Source: Spirochaetales bacterium
Lineage (GTDB): Bacteria > Bacillota > Clostridia > Christensenellales > UBA1242
Length of the DNA: 64,000 nt
Direction of reading: 5' to 3'
NCBI GenBank assembly: GCA_050178795.1
Contig: JBFXFT010000001.1
Coordinates: forward strand, 57,513-121,512
Shown: piece after piece, positions 57,254 through 64,000 of the stretch
Layout of the letters: each line of letters starts with the position of its first letter
Position numbering within the stretch: the first letter of the stretch is position 1
Translations under genes and position numbers: made by a program
Notes under the pieces: model-generated
Told to the model about the DNA's origin: nothing
Seen by the model: only the letters and a program-made list of their open reading frames with translations
Database searches by the model: none

Positions 57254-58690
57254 TCAATATCTATTAGTTCTTTTTAGTCGTTTATAGAGGCGCTCTTTAT
57301 CCTTTTGAATTATGCTCTTTTGCACTAAGTGTTTTGGCACTTCTGGTCTACTCATTATGTAATATCTCAGTTCGTCAAGTGCATGGTCGTTTTGTTTTTT
57401 GGGTCTGTCATTGTCGCTCCACCAGTAACTTTTAATTTCTCTTATTAAGTTGACGCAGTTTTTAAATATGTATAGTTTTACTTCGCCGTCAGCGTTTTTT
57501 AGGTAACTTTTTACCCTTTGAATACCGCTAAAAAGGTCTTTATTTACGTTTGAATTTACTTGAATTCCATACTCGTAAAAAAGTTCAACCACGCTCTTTG
57601 TTCCACTTAACGTTCTTTGGTTTGCAGCGGAATCAATTAGCGAATTAATCATACCGTTACTGTTCCTGTGCCAACCTAAATTATCACTTATTTCGTGTAT
57701 TCTTTTTGAGTGATAACTTATGTCTCTATCTGCCTCATAGTGTTCTGCAATTACATAAACTGTTCCATCATAGTCAACCGCATACCAGTGCGCAGAGAGT
57801 GGATTTTTTAAACCAGGGTCTATGCTTATGTTATCGTACCAGTCCTTTGGCACTTCAAATGGGTCTATGACATGCACGCTCTCTTCAAAAGCGCTATATA
57901 CCATACCCCCTGTGCCCACAAACTTGCCATAACAGCGACTGTCTAACTCTTCTTCACTTAGACTACTCGTTATTAAATTTACCTCTTCTTCTTTTAAAAA
58001 AGGGTTGTCCTCCCAAGACATATTTATGTGCCAAACTTCTCTATCGTTATTTTTGTTTAAGTAAATTTCTTCATACACCCAAGTTAAGCCTTTTAGTGGC
58101 GTCATTGTGCCAAATATTTCCCCGCTTTTATCTAGTACGCGCATTTTGCACTCTAAATAAATATCGTAGGGCGGTTCTTCGTCAAACCACACATAGTCTA
58201 AACTTGTGCCTTGAAATTTTTCGCGCCCTTGGTCGCAACTTTTAAAGCCAATTTTGCTTATTCCACCAAATATGTTCTTTATTAAAATATGGTCTATTAC
58301 TCCGCTTTCTGGGCTGTCTTTCCTGCCTGATAGCATAACTATGTTTACAATCCAGTCTGGGTTAAGATAGTACAAAATTTTTTGCTGAGCTACGTCCCTT
58401 TGCACCTGAGTAGATAGTGAAACCACCCAACCTGATGTGTCTTTTTTGTTTGTTTTGTAGGGGTGTATGCCACGAGCGAGATATATTGTTTCAACCGCGC
58501 CACATTCCGTCTTTCCTGTTCTATTTCCTCCAAAAACCCACCTGTTTCGTTTAGTATTTTTGTGAAACTCTAACTGTTTAGCGTGAACTTTTTGTCCCTT
58601 ATTGTATTTTAAAACCCTGTTTTTTACTGACCTTACATTTTGCTCTTTTTCAATTTCTTTTAGTTTTTCAATTATGTCTTTTTCTTCCAA
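57254..58690 (-). CDS. Phage terminase large subunit
   Basis: 478 aa (TTG start, SD AGAGGTG). Walker A WVFGGNRTGKTECG, Walker B LDYVWFDEEP, and a C-terminal nuclease-type region ...IDSAAN...HALDELRYY.... Confidence 0.88.
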   Translation of the reverse strand: MEEKDIIEKLKEIEKEQNVRSVKNRVLKYNKGQKVHAKQLEFHKNTKRNRWVFGGNRTGKTECGAVETIYLARGIHPYKTNKKDTSGWVVSLSTQVQRDVAQQKILYYLNPDWIVNIVMLSGRKDSPESGVIDHILIKNIFGGISKIGFKSCDQGREKFQGTSLDYVWFDEEPPYDIYLECKMRVLDKSGEIFGTMTPLKGLTWVYEEIYLNKNNDREVWHINMSWEDNPFLKEEEVNLITSSLSEEELDSRCYGKFVGTGGMVYSAFEESVHVIDPFEVPKDWYDNISIDPGLKNPLSAHWYAVDYDGTVYVIAEHYEADRDISYHSKRIHEISDNLGWHRNSNGMINSLIDSAANQRTLSGTKSVVELFYEYGIQVNSNVNKDLFSGIQRVKSYLKNADGEVKLYIFKNCVNLIREIKSYWWSDNDRPKKQNDHALDELRYYIMSRPEVPKHLVQKSIIQKDKERLYKRLKRTNRY

Positions 58691-58795
58691 GTAGCACCTC
58701 TTTTTAGGGGCATCAGTTTAAATTTAAAAAAATAGAACGCATACACATACATTCTATTTTCATTTTTTATTATTTTAAAGTTTTACTGCCAAAAA

Positions 58796-59374
58796 TTAAT
58801 AATACAGCGCTGGCTCTAACTTTTTGTAGGAGTTATAAGCGAGGTTTAAAAGTTTATTTTCGTCAAATTCTTTCTCTGCTTTTAGTGCATTATTTTTTTG
58901 CTTTGATGCTTTATTTCTTTCACTTAAAATTTCATCTTTATATAGTTTATTGTATAAATCCATTATCCAAATCTCTTTAGACAACATAGTTTTTAACTCT
59001 TTGTGGCTATAGTTTTTGCCCTTTAAGGCAAGTTCAAAACTCTTAATTGAACTATTGCTTCTTCTAAAAAATGTACGCGTACTTATGTCTAAAACTTTTG
59101 CAATATCTTCACTTTTTACCCTGTCTACATACTTCAACATAAGTAATTTTGCGTCGTCACAATTAAGACTTGCCAAGCAGTCTTCTATTAGAAGTTTTAA
59201 GTTGATTAGTGTAATTTTTCTGTCCGTAAGTTCTATAATTTTACTAGCCGAATAGTAAACGTCCATATTAGAATTTAAGCCCGATGTCAACACAATTTTA
59301 TCTATTGCGCTTACAATTTTTTCAAGCGACCTATACGCATTTAAAAAAGTTTTAGACCAAATTTTTAATTCCAT
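58796..59374 (-). CDS. Phage late-gene transcriptional regulator (sigma-70 region-4-like HTH; ArpU/RinA-type position)
   Basis: 192 aa from ATG 59374 (SD GGAGGAA). The HTH-like segment is AKLLMLKYVDRVKSEDIAKVLDISTRTFFRRSNSSIKSF. It sits immediately upstream of the terminase gene. Confidence 0.55.
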   Translation of the reverse strand: MELKIWSKTFLNAYRSLEKIVSAIDKIVLTSGLNSNMDVYYSASKIIELTDRKITLINLKLLIEDCLASLNCDDAKLLMLKYVDRVKSEDIAKVLDISTRTFFRRSNSSIKSFELALKGKNYSHKELKTMLSKEIWIMDLYNKLYKDEILSERNKASKQKNNALKAEKEFDENKLLNLAYNSYKKLEPALYY

Positions 59375-59482
59375 TACAATTCCTCCAAGTGCCATAGTAA
59401 AATTATGCAAACATTAAGCATTAATGGCTCACTGAGGCTATTATAGATTATGAGTTTTTTGATTGTCAAAGGTTTATGCCAT

Positions 59483-59546
59483 ATTTTTGTAAAATATTAT
59501 TATTTTTTGTATTTTTTTACAAAAATGTTTTTTATTGTATTTTTTT
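59483..59546. promoter_or_regulatory. Inverted and direct repeats in the island's upstream control region (candidate operators)
   Basis: Perfect 12-bp inverted repeat ATTTTTGTAAAA (59483..59494) / TTTTACAAAAAT (59515..59526). Also a 12-bp direct repeat TTGTATTTTTTT at 59507..59518 and 59535..59546. Confidence 0.35.
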
Positions 59547-59704
59547 GCATATACATAGGGCTTATAATTTCTAAAATACGGCTAATACTTGGCAATTTGT
59601 AAACTTTTTGGGCTTTTATATAAAAATTATTTTATTTTTCAAGTAGGTAGTTGTAAAAATTAATAGTTTTTTGTTATAATAGTACAGATTAATGGGAGAA
59701 ATAT

Positions 59705-61576
59705 ATGAAGAAACATTCGTTTATACGTACAAAATTGTTATATATCTTAATAGCCCTATTTGTAATGTTTGTTTTGGGTTTTTCTTCCAGTATTGCAACT
59801 GCATACGCAGAGGACGTAATAATAGGCGCTTTGGAGGACTACTCCACTACCCTAACTAACGATACCACAAATTTAACCAAATTTGTCATTAAAAACAACG
59901 ACCAATTTTATTTTACAGATACCACAAACAGTAAAGTGATAGTATGGAACAATGGCACCTTGGAGGAATTTGGAAGTTTTGGCGCAGGCAACGGTAGTTT
60001 TGTCAATCCGAGTTTAATAGCCACCCTACCAAATAATAAAATTTATGTATACGACAACTTAAAAAGATTACAAGAGTTTGACTCTAGTTACACATTTTTA
60101 AATAGTTATAACATTGTTAGAACCTCCACCACTTACATAGCAATGGGCTCAATCTCATCTATTAGCAATGACCTATCAAACAATTTATATATGATAGATT
60201 ATGATAACGATATAATAATTAAAAAATCGTCAACAACTAGCGAACTTACCGAATATTTAAACGGCACTAGCCTTGGACTAAACTTTGGTGCAAACTCACA
60301 AATTGCGGTTTCGCCAAATGGTGCAACTATCTTCGTTACAAACATTAATGGCGCAAGCAACATCTATTCAATTAACAACTTACTTTCAATAAATCAAATA
60401 GATATCGCCTCTTATCCTATTACTAACGTAAGCCAAATTGCAATAGATTGTGCCAATAATTTATTTGTACTAGACAAAAATGCAATCAGTTCTAAATTAT
60501 TTAAACTTTCAAGAAATACCTACGCTTATGAAAGTTACTTATATGTAGTAGGCAATGCTTTAAACAATTTAACGAGCCTTAACATAAACATTGAAAGCGG
60601 ACAAGTAATGGCAATAAATACCTCTACCAATACGCTTCAAAATGTAAATGTAACCGATTATGAAAGCAATTTTACAGAAAATATTACAAGTTTTGTAGAC
60701 CCAATAGATTACACTTTAGCAACTGCTTTAAGTAGTTATGCAAGGCTTGCAAGCGTAAGCGTTGAGGGCTGTCCCCTACTACAAACGCCTTACAATATAA
60801 CGCCGATTATTGAACTAAGCGAAGGTCAAAAACTAATAATTTTAAGCCAAACGGTAGACAATAACCCAGATTACTATTATGTGTTATATGTCAACGCAGG
60901 TGACGACTACAACATTGACGGCTATGTCTTAAAAAACAATATAACAACCTTGACAAATACAGATTTAGGTTTAAGTTTTGACGATGTTAGAATATTAAAC
61001 AATGCGACAAACATCTATAAATACCCTACCTCATTAAATAGCAACCTTGATACACCAGTAGTTGTAACTACCATAGACAAAAACGAAGAACTTGAAGTAC
61101 TAGGGACAGCCTATGACATAATTGATGGCAACGGACAAAGTTTTTATGAGGTTAAAATAACTACCAACACAATAGGCTATATAAGAGCGATTGATGCTGT
61201 TAGAGTCACCGTTACAACAATAGTGCCAACCATATCTACAAATGCAGAAATAGTAATTCCAGACAATAGCTCTTATGTAAATGTATATTCTAGCGAGGGC
61301 AACTTAAACACTTTGCTTCCACAAATACTGCTTAGCGGTCAACGCATATATATTAGCGTGTACAATAAAGACGCACTTTGGACGCAAGTTACCTTTGTTG
61401 ATCCATTAAATAGGCAAGTTACTGGCTACATTGAAACAAAATATATTGAAGTTTATGACGACTACAATAACTTATTGCAAGCGTTTTTACTTACAGTTAT
61501 AAGTTTTGTGTTAATAGTAATTGTAATAATTGTTAAAACAAGAAAAAAACCTATTGATGACGATATAATAGAATAA
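59705..61576 (+). CDS. Membrane-anchored surface protein: NHL-repeat beta-propeller plus three SH3b-like domains
   Basis: 623 aa. Signal peptide (…SSSIATAYA|ED). NHL-like blades (FGSFGAGNGSFVNPSLIATLPNNKIYVYDNLKRLQEFD; LYMIDYDNDIIIK; IFVTNINGASNIYSI; LFVLDKNAISSKLFKL). Three SH3b-like units in the C-terminal half. C-terminal TM (LLQAFLLTVISFVLIVIVIIV) followed by KTRKK. Confidence 0.7.
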   Translation: MKKHSFIRTKLLYILIALFVMFVLGFSSSIATAYAEDVIIGALEDYSTTLTNDTTNLTKFVIKNNDQFYFTDTTNSKVIVWNNGTLEEFGSFGAGNGSFVNPSLIATLPNNKIYVYDNLKRLQEFDSSYTFLNSYNIVRTSTTYIAMGSISSISNDLSNNLYMIDYDNDIIIKKSSTTSELTEYLNGTSLGLNFGANSQIAVSPNGATIFVTNINGASNIYSINNLLSINQIDIASYPITNVSQIAIDCANNLFVLDKNAISSKLFKLSRNTYAYESYLYVVGNALNNLTSLNINIESGQVMAINTSTNTLQNVNVTDYESNFTENITSFVDPIDYTLATALSSYARLASVSVEGCPLLQTPYNITPIIELSEGQKLIILSQTVDNNPDYYYVLYVNAGDDYNIDGYVLKNNITTLTNTDLGLSFDDVRILNNATNIYKYPTSLNSNLDTPVVVTTIDKNEELEVLGTAYDIIDGNGQSFYEVKITTNTIGYIRAIDAVRVTVTTIVPTISTNAEIVIPDNSSYVNVYSSEGNLNTLLPQILLSGQRIYISVYNKDALWTQVTFVDPLNRQVTGYIETKYIEVYDDYNNLLQAFLLTVISFVLIVIVIIVKTRKKPIDDDIIE

Positions 61577-61587
61577 AAATAAACAAC

Positions 61588-61619
61588 AAAAAACACTGTA
61601 AAATTACAGTGTTTTTTTA
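61588..61619. terminator. bidirectional terminator between the NHL/SH3b gene and parC
   Basis: A-run, CACTGTAA..TTACAGTG, TTTTTTT. Confidence 0.75.
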
Positions 61620-64000
61620 TTACTTTTTGTTGTAGGAATATGTGATAGGTTCCCACTCATACTTATAAATGTGTTTTATTTTTATAGGTTTTTTACTTGG
61701 GGTAATTAACTTACCCTTTGTCAATCTACTTTCAACAGGCATATAGTCGGTATTTAATGAAATTATTTTGCCCTTGTCGTTTATTATGTAAATTTCAAAA
61801 GTATGCTCAACTTTAGAGGCATAAAGTAGGTCAAAGCCATTATCCATGCCTAAGGTTACTGCTTTTATACCTTTTCTGTATTTTGCCATTGGGGCGTTTT
61901 CATTAATTTCAATCTTCTTAGCATAGCCCTTGGTGGTAATAATTGCTACTACATCGTCCCTTGTTGTCATACAGCCACAAATTACGTAATCGCTATCGTT
62001 TAGTTTTATGCCTTTAACGCCTCCGCTCAACCTGTTTTGAGTTGGAACCTCTTCGTTCACAGCGTTTAGAATCATACCTTCTTTGGTTACAAAAGTTAAG
62101 GTTTTGTCTTTATCAAACACTTCAACATTAATAAGAACATCGCCTTCTTTTAGTTTTAGTGCTTCAAAACTAGTCTTTTTAACATCGTATTCGCTAAATT
62201 CGCTCTTTTTAACTATGCCGTCTTTAGTGAAGAATATTAATTCCTTTTTAGGAAATTTTGTGCTAACTGGGAACGCTGCAACAACATTTTCATCTGGCTC
62301 AAAGTTTTTAATTAACTCGTTTAACTTGCTACCCCTGTCTTTCCACTTTGTCTCTAACACTGGGTCTAAGTTTAACCTGTGGCAGTTGCCCCTATCGGTA
62401 AACAAAATTAGTTCTTTATCGCTTTCTGTCGCTAAAACTATAGAGTGAACCTCGTTTAAAGTGCTCTTGTCTGTTATTAGCCTTGCGGTCATAGCAAAAC
62501 TCTTTTGAGGTATTTTTTTAATACAGCCCTTTTCATTAAAGGCAATTATTACCTCTTTTACTGGTGTAAAGTCTGCCTCATTTAGGTCAAGAAGTTCGCT
62601 TGCGTCTTCAATTATTTTTGTCCTACGTTTTGTCGCATAAGCCTTTTTAACTTCTAGTAGTTCCTTTTTAACAATACTCATTTGCCTTGCTCTACTTGCC
62701 ACAATCGCTGTCAATTTTTCAATAAGTGATAAAAGTTCTTTTAATTCTTCTTCTAATCTACCAACTTCCAAATTAGTAAGTCTAGATAGACGCATATCAA
62801 GTACTGCTTGCGCTTGTTTGTCTGAAAGTTTAAATCTTTCTCTTAAAGTTGATTTTGCTTCAACCGTTGAAGCGCTAGCCTTAATAATTTTTATTACTTC
62901 GTCAATGTTTTTTATTGCTATTAATAGTCCCTCAATAATGTGAGCGCGTTTTTTAGCGGTGTCTAGGTCAAACTTTGTTCTATTTAAAACGACTTCGCGT
63001 TGATATTCGCTGTAATACTCCAAAATATCAATAAGTCCAAGTTGCTTTGGCTTGCCACCTGCTATTGCCACCATATTAATGGCAAAAGATATTTGCAAGT
63101 CAGTATTTTTAAATAGATAATTTAAAATTATTTCATCATCAACATCTTTCTTTAAATAGATTGCTGCCCTTACGCCGTTTCTATCTGACTCATCTCTTAT
63201 TTCGGCTATTCCGCTAAGTAAGTCTTTATTTTCCTCGCGTAGGCTCGCTATTTTTTGTAATAATGACGCTTTATTTACTTGATAAGGAAATTCGTCAACA
63301 ACAATAGTCTTTTTTCCGCCTTCCGTTTCAATGTGGGTCTTAGCGCGCAAAATTATTTTGCCCTTGCCTGTTCTATAAGCCTCTTCAATGCCATCAGTGC
63401 CTAAAATAATGCCACCCATTGGAAAGTCTGGTCCCTTAATGTAGCCCATTAAGTCTTTTAATGATATTTTTTTGTCTTCAATGTATGCTACAACGGCATC
63501 AATAGTTTCGCCTAAATTGTGTGGCGGAATGTTTGTTGCAAGACCTACAGCAATACCGCTACTGCCATTTACAAGTAGATTTGGAAACCTGCCTGGTAAA
63601 ATGTCTGGCTCCTTCTTGCTGTCGTCATAGTTTGGCGAAAAGCGCACAGTCTCTTTTTCAATATCTTTTAAAAGTTCTATTGCTATTTCGCTTAATTTTG
63701 CCTCGGTGTAACGCATAGCGGCTGGAGAGTCGCCATCCATTGAACCAAAGTTACCATGTCCTTTAATTAATATTTCATTCATATTAAAGGCCTGACTCAT
63801 ACGCACCATAGCGTTATATACAGAACTATCGCCGTGTGGGTGGTAGTTTGCCATACAGTCGCCTACTACTTTTGCGCTCTTTTTAAACGGTTTGTCTGGC
63901 GTTAAACCAAGTTCATACATAGAATACAAAATTCTTCTTTGAACTGGTTTTAGTCCGTCCTCTACCCTTGGTAGTGCTCTATCTAGAATTACATACTCTG
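61620..64000 (-). CDS. parC: Type IIA topoisomerase subunit A, probably topoisomerase IV ParC (5' end beyond window)
   Basis: The frame stays open to the window edge (…[32 protein letters not shown]…). Motifs HPHGD and the active-site region [10 protein letters not shown] are present. The C-terminal domain has no GyrA-box (QRRGGKG-like) motif, which favours ParC over GyrA. Confidence 0.85.
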   Translation of the reverse strand, partial: EYVILDRALPRVEDGLKPVQRRILYSMYELGLTPDKPFKKSAKVVGDCMANYHPHGDSSVYNAMVRMSQAFNMNEILIKGHGNFGSMDGDSPAAMRYTEAKLSEIAIELLKDIEKETVRFSPNYDDSKKEPDILPGRFPNLLVNGSSGIAVGLATNIPPHNLGETIDAVVAYIEDKKISLKDLMGYIKGPDFPMGGIILGTDGIEEAYRTGKGKIILRAKTHIETEGGKKTIVVDEFPYQVNKASLLQKIASLREENKDLLSGIAEIRDESDRNGVRAAIYLKKDVDDEIILNYLFKNTDLQISFAINMVAIAGGKPKQLGLIDILEYYSEYQREVVLNRTKFDLDTAKKRAHIIEGLLIAIKNIDEVIKIIKASASTVEAKSTLRERFKLSDKQAQAVLDMRLSRLTNLEVGRLEEELKELLSLIEKLTAIVASRARQMSIVKKELLEVKKAYATKRRTKIIEDASELLDLNEADFTPVKEVIIAFNEKGCIKKIPQKSFAMTARLITDKSTLNEVHSIVLATESDKELILFTDRGNCHRLNLDPVLETKWKDRGSKLNELIKNFEPDENVVAAFPVSTKFPKKELIFFTKDGIVKKSEFSEYDVKKTSFEALKLKEGDVLINVEVFDKDKTLTFVTKEGMILNAVNEEVPTQNRLSGGVKGIKLNDSDYVICGCMTTRDDVVAIITTKGYAKKIEINENAPMAKYRKGIKAVTLGMDNGFDLLYASKVEHTFEIYIINDKGKIISLNTDYMPVESRLTKGKLITPSKKPIKIKHIYKYEWEPITYSYNKK

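Larger units (their letters stand above)
49438..59410 (-). mobile_element. Phage-derived head/packaging/lysis island (incomplete prophage, GTA-like or satellite candidate)
   Basis: 13 co-directional, tightly packed ORFs: regulator, TerL, TerS-like, Zn-ribbon, portal, scaffold, capsid, four unknown proteins, BhlA-type holin and holin. No integrase, replication, repressor, long-tail or lysin genes. Flanked by core genes. Confidence 0.8.

Noticed and set aside
57254-57257. Alternative genetic code (TGA as Trp, Mollicutes-like), given the low G+C
   Set aside because: TGA terminates TerL exactly where the next gene starts. All conserved housekeeping proteins are full length under code 11, with no in-frame TGA needed.
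59441-59593. 50-aa hydrophobic plus-strand ORF (MSFLIVKGLCHIF...) in the island control region as a possible Cro or repressor-like gene
   Set aside because: It has no SD and a poly-Phe/Ile/Tyr composition typical of translated AT-rich spacer. It shows no HTH character.
49322-59704. att sites or direct repeats flanking the phage-derived island, and a tRNA integration target
   Set aside because: Comparing 49.32-49.44 kb with 59.41-59.70 kb by eye showed no shared repeat of 12 bp or more. The tRNA cluster is 40 kb away. A computed repeat search is needed to exclude short att cores.
61620-64000. Calling the topoisomerase subunit GyrA
   Set aside because: No GyrA-box (QRRGGKG-like) is visible at the start of the C-terminal domain, so ParC is preferred. 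The N-terminus and the upstream partner gene (parE or gyrB) lie outside the window, so the call stays tentative.

Overview
This is a 64-kb AT-rich chromosomal window from a low-G+C Gram-positive bacterium. It looks Clostridia-like: class-A RNase P RNA, a T-box leader, CIRCE/HrcA heat-shock control and gatCAB. TGA is used as a stop codon, so the code is standard. I support 61 protein genes, 55 of them on the minus strand, plus 4 tRNAs and rnpB.

Most of the window is conserved housekeeping:
- thrS behind a Thr T-box, then infC-rpmI-rplT behind an L20-type leader.
- A stripped-down version of the B. subtilis 'ylo' cluster: rpoZ-priA-def-fmt-rlmN-rsgA-rpe, then rpmB on the opposite strand, then Asp23 and DAK2.
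- gatCAB, ligA, pcrA and rpsU.
- rsmE-mtaB-HIT, and hrcA-grpE-dnaK-dnaJ with a CIRCE operator.
- hemW, lepA, rarA, rnj followed by an O-methyltransferase/U32 pair, and a partial parC.

Accessory content:
1. A surface-protein patch at 3.9-8.3 kb. It includes a 913-aa lipoprotein made of nine ~98-aa modules, three of which are near-identical 294-bp DNA repeats.
2. A GT8 glycosyltransferase and an SDR epimerase.
3. Two paralogous membrane proteins.
4. The most interesting item: a compact ~10-kb phage-derived island at 49.4-59.4 kb. It encodes only a late regulator, TerL, a truncated TerS-like protein, portal, scaffold, capsid, a few post-capsid proteins and two holins. I find no integrase, replication, lysogeny, long-tail or endolysin genes. 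I flag it as a candidate domesticated (GTA-like) or satellite capsid system.
5. An NHL-propeller/SH3b surface protein next to the island.

All functional calls rest on motifs read by eye from the translations, plus gene order. No database search was possible.
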